Assembly: GCA_963921275.4 (NCBI GenBank)
Contig: OZ001293.3
Location: 3,040,001-3,104,000 of the forward strand
Direction of reading: 5' to 3'
Source of the DNA: an uncultured Hormoscilla sp.
GTDB taxonomy: Bacteria; Cyanobacteriota; Cyanobacteriia; Cyanobacteriales; Desertifilaceae
Length of the DNA stretch: 64,000 nt
Shown one piece after another: positions 33,754-48,593 of this stretch (positions are counted from its first letter, which is position 1; each line of letters starts with the position of its first letter). The notes below the pieces were generated by a model that worked only from the letters and a program-made list of their open reading frames with translations, searched no databases and was not told the DNA's origin. The position numbers and the translations under genes were made by a program.

Positions 33754-33989
33754 TTGATTAATTTGGACTGGAGGCAAATAGTCTGCTTAGTAAAGGTAGA
33801 GCAATTTTGGCTCTCTGTTGACGATCATATGCCTCAAGCATGGCGATCTGGACTCATGTATGGCGGACCAACGCTAGCCAGTAAACACTAAAGTGTTTAC
33901 TACGAACGGCGGTAAACACTAAAGTGTTTACTACGAACGGCGAGACTTACAATGGTAACAAATCTGGAGATAATACTATAGCCGAGCTG

Positions 33990-34790
33990 ATGACCCCTGA
34001 GATGAAATCTGCAACTACCCCCGATCGAGACAGTAACACAGAATCGACTGCTAACCCTGAGATTGACGATGAATATCTTGATGAACTGCCAGATGATGTG
34101 GAGATGTCCTTGTTTGACCATTTGGAGGAGTTGCGCCAGCGGATTTTTTATGCTCTAATTGCTGTTCTCCTGGGAGCGATCGCCTGCTTCGCGACGGTAA
34201 AGCCGATCGTCGGGTTGCTCGAAATTCCCGCCCAAGGTGTAAAATTCCTCCAGTTGGCCCCGGGTGAATATTTCTTTGTTTCTCTGAAGGTCGCAGGTTA
34301 CAGTGGCCTCTTGGTAGCTAGCCCCTTTGTCCTCTACCAAATTATTATGTTTATCTTACCCGGACTCACCCGCCGGGAACTAAGGCTCATAGGACCGGTG
34401 GTTTTAGGATCCAGCGTGCTGTTTGTCGCGGGACTGGTCTTTTCTTTCTTGGTTCTCCTGCCAGCTGCTCTGAATTTTTTCATTAACTATGGCTCCGGTG
34501 TGGTAGAACAGTTGTGGTCGATCGACCGCTATTTTGAATTTGTCCTGCTGCTGATGTTCAGCACGGGTTTGGCCTTTCAAATTCCCGTGATTCAAGCCCT
34601 ACTGGGCCTGCTGGGCATTGTCTCTTCTAAACAAATGCTCTCTGGTTGGCGCTACATTGTCCTAGGTGCAGTCGTTTTGGGTGCTATTCTCACTCCTTCC
34701 ACCGACCCGGTAACTCAAAGTTTACTCGCCAGCGCGGTCCTGGGTCTCTATTTTGGCGGCATAGGTTTGGTGATGGTGCTGGGACATTGA
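33990..34790 (+). CDS. tatC: Twin-arginine translocase subunit C
   Basis: [32 protein letters not shown]; start placed at MTPEM. Confidence 0.95.
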   Translation: MTPEMKSATTPDRDSNTESTANPEIDDEYLDELPDDVEMSLFDHLEELRQRIFYALIAVLLGAIACFATVKPIVGLLEIPAQGVKFLQLAPGEYFFVSLKVAGYSGLLVASPFVLYQIIMFILPGLTRRELRLIGPVVLGSSVLFVAGLVFSFLVLLPAALNFFINYGSGVVEQLWSIDRYFEFVLLLMFSTGLAFQIPVIQALLGLLGIVSSKQMLSGWRYIVLGAVVLGAILTPSTDPVTQSLLASAVLGLYFGGIGLVMVLGH

Positions 34791-34831
34791 AATTTCCGAC
34801 GATGGGCGATCAATCTCGTCTGGACCCGGAC

Positions 34832-36142
34832 CTGGCTGCCTGACACAAGTGGCTGAAAGCTCGCAAATACGTGGTTTGTGAGAAAAAGGGCAGAGTGCTA
34901 TGCTTACGCTAGAGTCACTACACAACTAGCCATCAGAAGCATGTCTTACTCTACCCAACTTTACGATCAGCTATTGAGCTTTTTGCGTCAATACAGTCGC
35001 TACCGATATCTGCGTCATCTCAAAGCTCTAGCTTGGATGGTGACCGCCTTAATTTGTAGTGGTCAGTTGAGCCGCCTGGGAGCCCTATGTCCCCAGTCGT
35101 GCCAAGCAAGCCCAAAGTTTTGAACGCCGGTGGCACCGCTTTTTGGGTAATACGCTGATTTGTGTAAACTCGCTCTATATTCCACTGGTGCTACTAGCCC
35201 TCAAAGGTTGGCAGTCCCACCGTCTGTATCTTGCCCTCGATACCACAGTCCTGTGGAATCGTTACTGCATGATTCATCTATCGGTGGTCTGTTGTGGTCG
35301 CGCCTTGCCATTTCTATGGCGGGTGCTAGAGCACAGCAGCGCTACCGTAGCCTTCGATACATATAGACCCTGATTACGTCGAGCCCGGTGGCTATTGCGT
35401 CAACATCCCGATGTGATGCTGTTAGGAGACCGGGGCTTTGCCAATCACGATCTGATGAGTTGGTTACTTGCTAGTGGTTGGCACTACTGCCTGCGGCTGC
35501 CCTGTGATGTATTGCTGCATGGCCCTCGGCGCTATCCGATTGAAGTTAGCTATCTGTGACCACCTAAAGGCGAAGCAGTCTTTGATCGCAATGTCGGTCT
35601 ATGGCAAGATGGAGAACATCGCTGTAATCTTGTATTAGCCACTGTCAAAGGAGTCAAGGAACCCTGGGCGGTTATCACCGATGAGTCCCCCAGTTTACAA
35701 ACTCTGTGGCAATATGGTTTGCGCTTTCGGGTAGAGGAACTATTTTTGGATAGCAAGTCGGGGGCCTTTGAACTGGAAGACTCCCGCATCCGCTCAGTTC
35801 AAGCGCTTGAGCGGCTTTACTTAGTTGCTGCCATTGCCCTGCTTTACGCCACTACCCAGGGCATGGCTGTTCAACTTGAAGGCTTACGCCAGCAGGTAGA
35901 TCCCCATTGGCAACGAGGTCTCAGTTATCTCAAAATTGGTTGGCGCTGGCTCAAAGGAGTAGTCAATAAAGGTCGGCTACTTTTAATGCCAGTACCATTG
36001 TTGCCTAGAGATCCACAACCATGTTTTGCTTCCTTCAAAGCCAAGTATGATTACTACGACCAAATATGGTTTTCGCGTATCCGCTCAATACAGTGTAAAA
36101 CCTGATGCGCCTAGTTTTCATGCAGATGTGTCAGGCAGCCAG
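34832..36142 (+). mobile_element. IS4-family element, transposase with stops and frameshifts
   Basis: TIR CTGGCTGCCTGACACA; 9-bp TSD GACCCGGAC; ALDTT, GDRGF, RFRVEELFLDSKSG. Confidence 0.9.
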
Positions 36143-36565
36143 GACCCGGACAGCAAGCACGAAGCGTGCTTACTACAAACGGCAAGCACGCTTCGTGCTT
36201 ACTACAAACGATTTGTATTCCAGATCGGCTAAATTCCTGTTGGCCTCAAATGTAAATAATTTGACCATTTTCGATGAACGATTACCTGACGATCGCCGCA
36301 CCTCTGGTTGCCATGCGCCTTCAGAGGCTGTTTTAAAAGTCTCTAAGTGTGAAAATAGTGGCGAGCGCTCCTTCTAAGTAGATACCATACAATTAGCGAT
36401 TAGCCATAAGCCAACCATATGATGAGAGAAGATGTAGGCTCTAATTAGTCTTTGAGGGAGTCGATGGCGAGCGCTCATGGAGCCAAGTCAAAATGAGTAA
36501 AAATAACTATTGACAGGAGGAGAAGAGAAGATGTAGGCTAGAAAAAGCCAAGTTCGGAGTAGTGG

Positions 36566-37397
<832 letters not shown>

Positions 37398-37850
37398 GGA
37401 ATGAGGATTTAATAATTTGTCAAAATTACGTAGCGTATAGGTAAGAAACGGGGAACGGAGGGCGCTCCAGGGGCGATCGCGATAAGGTTGATCCTGTTGC
37501 ATTTTAATACTGTCAGATCCTTCCGATTTGGCGGGGGGCGATCTGGACCCTCAGGGGATCTAGCAGAGCCTTTTTTCCGTGATGCCTGATTTTTAGTGCT
37601 CCCTCAACGCTCTCTAGCGCCCTACATCGGTTGTGGCTTGGCTGTATAGTTCCATTGTGGGAGAATATTGTCAAAGACAATTTGCATATTTTCCTTAAAA
37701 CTTGAGCCAACTTTCATTCCTGTTTGATAAACCTTATCAATTACGATTGTAAATACCTTTAATCCTGTCTTTGTTGTCCTTGTGGCTATCAAATTTTTGA
37801 CCGTTTCCACCTTGTCGAATATTACCCCCTCACATGTCTGACATGGGGAA
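37398..37850 (-). mobile_element. ISAzo13-family 3' fragment
   Basis: CEGVIFDKVETVKNLIATRTTKTGLKV...VYQTG...LPQWNYTAKP. Confidence 0.75.
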
Positions 37851-37859
37851 ACAACCGAT

Positions 37860-38390
37860 ACTGATACTGTCCCAGCACTAGCAACCAGACCCGACCAAAG
37901 TAAGTCAATCTTCATCGCCAAGCAGCGTTCTCAAGATAAACCCCTGATTCTCATGGGAGATACTGTTAACACGTTACTTTCATTCTGTCAAGGGACGCCC
38001 GCAGAAATGGCAGTTTGGCAGCAGGTGGCGGAAAAATACTGGCCCGGTGCTTTAACCTTGGTGCTACCAGCGTCGGAACGGGTACACAGGGCCATGCACC
38101 AAAAGATCCAACCTCGATCGGGCTGAGGATCCCCAAGCACCCGATCGCCCGGCAAATTCTGGCCCAAACTGGCCCTCTAGCCACAACCAGTGCTAACCGG
38201 TCGGGAAGACCATCCCTGCTGTCAATGGCAGAAATAGCAGCAGAGTTTCCCCAAGTACTGACTCTATCCTATAGGAGATAAGCCAACTGTGCCACCAGCA
38301 ACCGAAGTACCCTCCACTGTGGCAAAATGGAACGGTTTGGGGTGGGAAATCCTGCGACAGGGAGCGGTCAAAGTGCTACCCTTACCCTAA
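37860..38390 (+). pseudogene. Sua5/YrdC (TsaC) family remnant
   Basis: TDTVPALA...KQRSQDKPLILMG, YWPGALTLVL, IGLRIP, GPLATTSANRSG, PSTV...WEILRQG across broken frames. Confidence 0.8.
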
Positions 38391-38413
38391 AACGATTAGC
38401 GAAGGGCATTTTT

Positions 38414-39325
38414 ATGGGCTGGAGCAACTTGGTTTATTTCCTAGTCGGACTGGGGCTAGGCTTAGGAAGTAGGAGTATATGGCAGAGCATCCGCAGCCAG
38501 TTGGGTCTTGGCCTTACTGCCAGCGTTGAGATGGAAACTTGCGTAGAGCAACTTATACAGACTCAGTTAGCCTACCAGATGGCCTCGGAAATGAGCAAAT
38601 TTAAGGAAGGGTTTCTGGCCCGGTGTCCCACGAACTGCGAGCGCCCCTCAATGGGATCGTCAGTATACACCAGCTGATTACCGAAGGTTTATGCCAATCA
38701 AAGTCCGAAGAGCAGGAATTTCTTGAAGAAGCTCACCACCGCACCCGAAAGCTGCAAATCGTTCATCGACGAAATGGTGCTAGTCGCCAAAACCGAGCAT
38801 GGCAGGGAAACACAAGAAATTCAGCCCATCGATCTGGCTAGTATATTCGGGGAAGTCTATAAATTGACCCACAACCAGGCCGCTAATAGGAACCTGCAGC
38901 TGCTCGTAGTCAACCCAGAGCAGCATATTTACGTGCTAGCAGACCAGCGCCGAGTTTGTGACAGGTACTGGTGCATCTAGTAGATAGCACGATACTGCTG
39001 CGCAGTCGCTGCGCGAACGGCCAGATGCAAGAGGGTAGTATTCATTTGTGGAGCGAACCAGAATCCTCTGCTGGGGTAGTCCGCATCTTACTGGAGGATA
39101 GTCGTCCCGCCAGTGCCTGGAGTGACGAGCGTGAATTTGTTGACTTCACAGCAGGGGAAAGTTGACGCCCAACTAGATCCTCCTTCCCCCGGACTGACAT
39201 TGATGGCAGATAAAATCCTCCTAGAACTGATGCAGTCCAGTCTAGAAGTCCTGGCAGTCCCCGATAGGCAGTCGGAGGTGAGTCGCATTCAATGCACTCT
39301 TCCCCTGGCGATGATAGATCCTTAG
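38414..39325 (+). pseudogene. Membrane sensor histidine kinase-like gene, multiple frameshifts
   Basis: MGWSNLVYFLVGLG...FKEGFLAR / SHELRAPLNG / ... fragments in successive frames. Confidence 0.75.
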
Positions 39326-39340
39326 CAGTCCGATATTGTA

Positions 39341-39808
39341 TTATTGAGAAACTGCTGTTGTGGCTGGAGTTTTGGGGATTTCTATGGCCTGATTGTACAG
39401 TATTATCGTAGTAGTGGAATTGCGCTGGAAACCGATGCGCTCGTAAAACTGTTGTTGATGGGTGGTCATCAGGTATACGCGCTCAACCCGACTCATCTTG
39501 GGGTGGCTCAAAACTGTCTCCACCAGCTTGCGCCCCAGTCCCGCACCTTGGTATTCTGGGTGCATGACTACATCCCAGATAGTGGCCCGGTATACTCCGT
39601 CGGAGGTAGCTCTGGCAAAGCCAATCAGGCGATCGCCATCCCAAACGGTAATCACCGGACAGCTGTTGGAGATCGCCTCCTGCAAATCGTCTGGCCGCCG
39701 CCCTTGGGCCCAAAAAGCCCCCAGATCGAACAGGTCCACCAGTTGAGTCAGGTCGAGCCCAGAAATATCGGCACAAAATTTAATATGGCTGCAATCCATT
39801 GCTGTCAT
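39341..39808 (-). CDS. GNAT N-acetyltransferase
   Basis: IGFARATSDG, HPEYQGAGLGRKL, FYERIGF. Confidence 0.92.
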   Translation of the reverse strand: MTAMDCSHIKFCADISGLDLTQLVDLFDLGAFWAQGRRPDDLQEAISNSCPVITVWDGDRLIGFARATSDGVYRATIWDVVMHPEYQGAGLGRKLVETVLSHPKMSRVERVYLMTTHQQQFYERIGFQRNSTTTIILYNQAIEIPKTPATTAVSQ

Positions 39809-39936
39809 ACCAAGTGGGATTTGATATGTGATATTTTAGGTGGGAGTGCCACCCCAGTTTCGGTAAGGTTTGATCGCAGATGCCCTGGCGCTGCTCGTTT
39901 AATTGCCTCTGAGACGATAACAGTAGATACGATCCT

Positions 39937-41320
39937 ATGCCTTCTAGACAAAATCTCGATCCCGTGCAGACCAGGCCCTTGCCAAAGTACCTGGTCTTGC
40001 TGTTTTGTCTGAGCCTGTCATGGAGTCTCGCCTTCGCGATCGCCCCTCGGACAGTAGCATTAGATCCAGTTCCCGAACGCTATCAGCTAGGACTGGAACT
40101 GTACCTAAAAAATTGTGGCACTTGCCATAGGGCCCTGCCACCAGCGGTGATGCCCAGGGAAACCTGGCAACAGCTACTACAAGATGAGCAACATTATGGA
40201 GTCGGTGCGATTCGTTCTAGCCTAACGTGGTCAAACACGGAACGCTAGCCCGGTTTCATTAGCCGGGAACTCTGACCGCATGGGGGTTAAATTCCCCTCC
40301 CCCCAGGTACGGGGGTGACACCGGTCCTCGGTGCTACGAAGCGACATCATCGTGGTGCTAAGCGAGGACTCAAATGTAGGATAACTGGCAGCCTAAGCCG
40401 GTGACGCCGCTAGGAAAGATATCCAAGGTTAGAGCAGGCAAACATGTGCAAGCCTCGTTATAAGGAACCAGCGAAATAAGGCTATATGCGCTGGCCTAAA
40501 AAGGAAATGGTAGCTAGTATTAGTTTTAGACTCTGGCTAATATAGTACTCAAATAGCTCCCGGGGTATAGTGTGGACCTAAAGGTATCGCGAAATGTTGT
40601 TAGGGAACGAAGTAACCTCTCGTGTGCTGTCCATCAGGACAAGTTAGATGTTAAGCGCAAGCCACGGGGGGAGGGATGGCCCAAGAAGCGAATGCCCGGG
40701 GTAATTCCTGGGATAACATCTACAGTAATGTAGATGATGCTGGGTAGCCAGCGCTGACGTGGGTCGGTGATACTAGGAAGCTGCTGGAATGAGTAATCCT
40801 AAAAAGCCACGGAACTAATCCGAAACGCAAGTGGAGGATAAGGTATGGATAACTGGTAAAACTGACTTGAAAATGGTGATACTAACGGTTATCAGAACAA
40901 CCACTCGCTAAACCAGGAAAGGGAAGAAAAGACAGGCGGCAAGGGCTAACGGAAGTAATTCCTATTAAGTCTACCTATGAAAAGGGCCTAGTACCCAGTA
41001 GCCGGATGCGGTGAAAATCGCAAGTCCGGTTCCTCAAGGGAGGGTCGGGAAGCGATTCCCGGCTCGACCCCATCCGACTGCAACTCCCGATCGACCCATC
41101 CCGCCTGCTAATATGGCAATACCTGCAATTTGCCTCTCGTCCCCTAGCATCAGAGGACGAGACTCCTTATAGACTGAGGAACTCTCGTTATTTTCAAGCA
41201 CTTCATCCCCGAGTCAAGTTCACCTCGCCCATTACCATCAGCAGTTGTCTACAATGTCATCCAGATGCTATGAAGTATGACTTCCGTTCCCTCTCCCCCG
41301 AATGGCTTGATGCCCAATAA
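39937..41320 (+). CDS. Diheme cytochrome c, interrupted by an ORF-less group II intron; frame restored on splicing
   Basis: Exon 1 has CGTCH and ...QHYGV; exon 2 ...LPIDPSRLLIWQYL...RYFQALHP...CLQCHP...EWLDAQ* in the same frame. Confidence 0.85.
40205..41078 (+). mobile_element. ORF-less group II intron A (874 nt)
   Basis: GTGCG start; D5 AGCCGGATGCGGTGAAAATCGCAAGTCCGGTT; D6 with bulged A; EBS1 AGACTC (40528) vs IBS1 GAGTCG. Confidence 0.92.
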
Positions 41321-41412
41321 GCTAGCATTACGGGCAGGCGATCCGCCCGCCCTACGCAACAAAAGTGGTAAGATAAAAAATAGTCTGCCCTTAAATGTAT
41401 TGATATGCTGCC

Positions 41413-44223
41413 ATGCTGAAGAAATTGCTCGGCGATCCCAACGAACGCAAACTGAATAAGTATAAGCCTTTCGTTAAAGAAGTCAACCTGTATGAGGAGG
41501 AGATAAGGCCCCTATCAGATGAGAATTTGATCGCTAAGACGGCTCAATTTAAACAGCGGCTGTCGAAAGCATCCTCAGATAATGAGTTGAAGGAGATGCT
41601 GGACGAGCTGTTACCCGAAGCATTTGCGGTGGTCCGGGAAGCAGGACGCCGGGTGTTGGGAATGCGACATTTTGATGTCCAGCTGTTGGGCGGGATGGTG
41701 CTCCACGACAGACAGATAGCTGAGATGAAGACCGGCGAGGGAAAAACCCTGGTGGCTACCCTGCCATCCTACCTGAATGCCTTGACCGGAAAGGGAGTTC
41801 ATGTAATCACGGTTAATGACTACCTGGCACGCCGGGACGCGGAATGGATGGGACAGGTTCACCGGTTCCTGGGATTATCGGTGGGTCTGATTCAACAGGG
41901 GATGGGACCGGCAGAACGCCAGAAGAACTATGGTTGCGATATAACTTACGCTACCAACAGCGAGGTGGGGTTCGATTACTTGCGGGATAATATGGCTTCT
42001 GGAATGGCGGAGGTGGTGCAACGGCCGTTCAATTTCTGCATAATTGATGAAGTAGATTCGGTATTGGTAGATGAAGCTCGCACGCCGCTGATTATATCAG
42101 GTCAGGTAGACAGACCGAGCGAAAAGTATATCCAAGCAGCAGATGTGGCCAGGGCCCTGAACAAGGAAAACCATTATGAACTGGATGAAAAGGCCCGCAA
42201 TGTTCTGTTGACAGATGAAGGGTATATTGCAGCAGAGGAGTTATTAGGGGTAACAGACCTGTTTGACCCGAAAGACCCTTGGGCCCATTTTGTCTTCAAT
42301 GGGATCAAGGCGAAGGAACTGTTTATTAAGGATGTTAACTATATTGTCCGCAATGATGAAATAGTGATCGTAGATGAGTTTACGGGACGGGTGATGCCCG
42401 GACGCCGCTGGTCGGATGGCCTGCATCAGGCGATCGAGGCGAAGGAACGGGTAGAAATTCAACCGGAAACTCAGACTTTAGCGACAATAACATATCAAAA
42501 TTTCTTTTTGCTGTACCCGAAACTGTCGGGAATGACGGGGACGGCGAAAACGGAAGAGGCGGAATTTGAAAAGATATATAGTTTGGAAGTGACGGTGGTG
42601 CCCACAAACATGCTGACGGGTCGGCGGGATCTGTCGGATATGGTATATAAGACGAAAGCAGGTAAGTGGCAAGCAGTGGCCCAAAACTGCGCGGAGTTGC
42701 ACCAGCAGGGACGCCCGATTTTGGTCGGTACCACAAGCGTGGAAAAATCGGAGGTAATCTCAAGCTTACTATCCCAGCTGCAAATTTCCCATCAGTTGCT
42801 GAATGCTAAGCCCGAAAATGTGGAACGGGAGTCGGAAATTATTGCCCAAGCAGGACGGAAAGGGGCCCTGACGATCGCCACAAACATGGCCGGACGGGGT
42901 ACGGACATCATACTGGGGGGAAACTGCGACTACATGGCCAGGCTGAAGTTGCGAGAATATTTTATGCCCCGCATTGTCCAACCAGAAGATGAAGATGGTT
43001 TGGGTGCCCTGGGGGTGCCGGGAACTAAACTAAAGGGTAAGAAGGCTCAGGGTTTTGGTCCGGGACAAAAGGTGAAAACATGGAAGGTATCGCCGCAAAT
43101 TTTCCCCACGAAACTGTCCCCAGAAACAGAAAAACGGCTGAAAGAAGCGGTAGACTTCGCAGTCAGGGAGTACGGGGAACGGAGTTTGCCAGAACTCCAG
43201 GCAGAGGATATAGTAGCAGTGGCAGCAGAGTCGGCCCCCACAGATGACCCTGGGATCCAAAAGCTGCGGGATGTTTTCCAAGCCATTCGGAATGAATATA
43301 AGGAATTTACCGATCGCGAACATGAAGATGTGGTGCAACTGGGCGGTCTCTACGTGCTGGGAACGGAACGCCATGACTCGCGCCGGATCGATAATCAATT
43401 GCGGGGTCGCGCTGGTCGTCAGGGAGACCCCGGTTCCACCAGGTTCTTCCTCAGTTTACAGGATAATTTGCTGCGCATATTTGGGGGAGATCGGGTAGCG
43501 GGGATGATGGATATGTTCCGGGTAGAGGAAGATATGCCCATCGAGTCAAAGATGCTCACCCGTTCCCTGGAAGGGGCGCAAAAGAAGGTAGAAACCCACT
43601 ACTACGATATCCGCAAGCAGGTATTTGAGTACGACGAGGTGATGAATAACCAACGTCGGGCGATCTACGCAGAACGGCGTCGGGTACTGGAGGGTCAGGA
43701 CCTGAAGGAACAGGTGATTACATACGCTGAGAAAACGATGGATGAAATCGTTGAGGCTTATGTTAACCCAGAATTGCCCTCGGATGAGTGGGACCTGCCG
43801 AAATTAGTAGGTAAGGTGAAGGAGTTTGTCAATTTACTGGCAGACCTGGAACCGGAACATCTCGAAGACCTCAGCTTTGGGGAAATGAAAACGTTCTTGC
43901 ACGAACAGGTGCGGATCGCCTATGATATGAAGGAGGCTCAGATAGATAAAGTGCAGCCAGGTATGATGCGGCAGGCAGAGCGCTTCTTTATTCTCCAACA
44001 GATCGATACCCTCTGGCGAGAACATTTGCAACAAATGGATGCCCTACGAGAATCAGTAGGTTTGCGCGGTTACGGTCAGAAAGACCCGCTGATAGAATAT
44101 AAGTCGGAAGGCTATGAGTTGTTCCTGGAAATGATGATTTCTATTCGCAGAAATGTGGTATACTCGATGTTCCAGTTCCAACCTCAGCCCCAACCAACTG
44201 TGCAAACGGCAGAAATGGTTTAA
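41413..44223 (+). CDS. secA: Preprotein translocase ATPase SecA
   Basis: [42 protein letters not shown]. Confidence 0.98.
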   Translation: MLKKLLGDPNERKLNKYKPFVKEVNLYEEEIRPLSDENLIAKTAQFKQRLSKASSDNELKEMLDELLPEAFAVVREAGRRVLGMRHFDVQLLGGMVLHDRQIAEMKTGEGKTLVATLPSYLNALTGKGVHVITVNDYLARRDAEWMGQVHRFLGLSVGLIQQGMGPAERQKNYGCDITYATNSEVGFDYLRDNMASGMAEVVQRPFNFCIIDEVDSVLVDEARTPLIISGQVDRPSEKYIQAADVARALNKENHYELDEKARNVLLTDEGYIAAEELLGVTDLFDPKDPWAHFVFNGIKAKELFIKDVNYIVRNDEIVIVDEFTGRVMPGRRWSDGLHQAIEAKERVEIQPETQTLATITYQNFFLLYPKLSGMTGTAKTEEAEFEKIYSLEVTVVPTNMLTGRRDLSDMVYKTKAGKWQAVAQNCAELHQQGRPILVGTTSVEKSEVISSLLSQLQISHQLLNAKPENVERESEIIAQAGRKGALTIATNMAGRGTDIILGGNCDYMARLKLREYFMPRIVQPEDEDGLGALGVPGTKLKGKKAQGFGPGQKVKTWKVSPQIFPTKLSPETEKRLKEAVDFAVREYGERSLPELQAEDIVAVAAESAPTDDPGIQKLRDVFQAIRNEYKEFTDREHEDVVQLGGLYVLGTERHDSRRIDNQLRGRAGRQGDPGSTRFFLSLQDNLLRIFGGDRVAGMMDMFRVEEDMPIESKMLTRSLEGAQKKVETHYYDIRKQVFEYDEVMNNQRRAIYAERRRVLEGQDLKEQVITYAEKTMDEIVEAYVNPELPSDEWDLPKLVGKVKEFVNLLADLEPEHLEDLSFGEMKTFLHEQVRIAYDMKEAQIDKVQPGMMRQAERFFILQQIDTLWREHLQQMDALRESVGLRGYGQKDPLIEYKSEGYELFLEMMISIRRNVVYSMFQFQPQPQPTVQTAEMV

Positions 44224-44560
44224 AATTGGAGGTCGTAGGGCGGACGGATCGCCTGCCCGGGAACGCTTTAGCGTTTACTACGAACGGCAAACGCTAAAGC
44301 GTTTACTACGAACAGGGAAACTCTGGGGTCCGAAAAGGGGAGGATAGCCTCTGGCACATCGCCCCAAAGCTTACCCCAAAATAATGGGCTAGGCGAACTA
44401 CATCTTCCGGTCTCCTGACTATCTTTACCCCTAGCTGGCCCAGGAGTTCCTGAGCGCCTCGGCACTGGTTCCGCTGAACAGGATAGCCCAAAGGCTTGCC
44501 CTCTATGAATTATAGATGATCATAGAGAGGCTGAGACTTTTCCGGAATTGGAGGTGTGTT

Positions 44561-46259
<1,699 letters not shown>

Positions 46260-46289
46260 TTCCCTAAATTCAGCTAGAAAGGAGCATGG

Positions 46290-46992
46290 AGATAAAACTC
46301 AAAAAGAGATGGCCATATTGTGGGGAGAGGAAGTTACGCAACCAAATATTAGTAGAACCATGCTTTGGTTAGGGATAAGCAGAAAAAAAAGACCTATGGA
46401 TATCGGGAAAGAGATGAAGAAAAACGTCAAGAGTTTTTGCGAAAACTAGATAATCTCGAAAAAAATAAGAGAATATACGTTGATGAGGCGATGTCTCAGG
46501 AGTAGTGCGATTAGCACTCTCCGGAGACATCGCAGGAATAGATAACAGAGAAGAATACCCCTATGGTTACTGCGATCCGAGGAGAAAGATTTTACGCAAT
46601 AAAATCCGGAAAACGAACCGAGAGAGTCAGTTGGATAGCGGCGCAGAGAGAAGATAAGGTCTTTGCTCCTTTAGTATTTAGTGGAGGTTGTAACAAGGAT
46701 TTATTTGAATTTTGGGTAGAATTCTGTTTAATCCCTCAACTTGAGGAGGGAGATGTAGTTATTATTGAAAATGCAAGTTTTCATAAGTCAATATTCGTTA
46801 GGGAACTAATTGAGTCGACTGGATGCGAGCTGTTATACTTACCAACCTCTTCTCCCGCTCTTAATAAAATAGAGCATTGGTGGTTTGTTCTCAAGAATTG
46901 GATGAAACAAAGGATAGACGAATTTGAGAATTTCTAAGACTTCATTGATGCTGCCTTTCGAAAATGTCCTAATGTATTTGCGTAATGCAATA
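46290..46992 (+). pseudogene. IS630-family transposase remnant
   Basis: IYVDE, SPALNKIEHWWFVLKNW; broken frames. Confidence 0.75.
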
Positions 46993-47390
46993 AAAACTCC
47001 TTCTCGGAAATCCTTCGGTCTAAACACTGTCGGCGTAAGACACTTAACTCGATTTCCGCCATATTCAACCAACTGCCATGTTTAGGAGTGTAATAAAATT
47101 CTAACTTATCCAGAATTCTACGAGCTGCCGATGGGCTAAAGGCTTTGTATAGGTGCGATTCGTTTAGCGTAAACTAACTTGACACAAGTCAAGGAGGGGG
47201 ACCGCTACCGGGATTTCGTAAGTCCCGAGAACTTACAGGTGATGGTGGTAAAAGCCCGCCCCTCCAGGTGCAGGAGTGACAGCACCCTCCCCACGGTAGC
47301 GATGGCATCAATCCGTGAAGCGGGAAGGAAAGGCGCTATGGCTGGGAGCCTAGACCGGTCATCGTCGAGCAAGTAACTATGATGAGCGTA

Positions 47391-48224
<834 letters not shown>

Positions 48225-48593
48225 TAAGCGAAGGTTTGCAACGTCGTAAAGCCTATCCAGTGTAATAAGGCTGATACACTGGCCCAAAAAGGGAAAGGAT
48301 ACTGGTCATTGGCGGATGTATACCCGACCAATAAGCACTGACAATAAACCCGGCGTAGAGAACCCGTCTAAGGTTACGACCAATCATCTGTAGGAACGAA
48401 GTAACCCGGTTGTAGCACTCTCCATCACCGGTCGATAGATGGAGTAGCCACCACAGGCGTAACATCTGCTCTCCGGAAGGCAGGACGCAACTGGGGGAGA
48501 TTGAGTGGAGAAGCAAATGCCTGTCTGTAATGGATAGAATAAGCTGACGCCCTCACGGTCTCGTCAATTGTGAAGTTGTAAGTAGTAGTGAAT

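Noticed and set aside
39344..40012. 222-aa plus-strand ORF and other antisense ORFs over secA, clpB, pepA and truB
   Set aside because: Shadow frames of well-supported genes with no recognisable motifs
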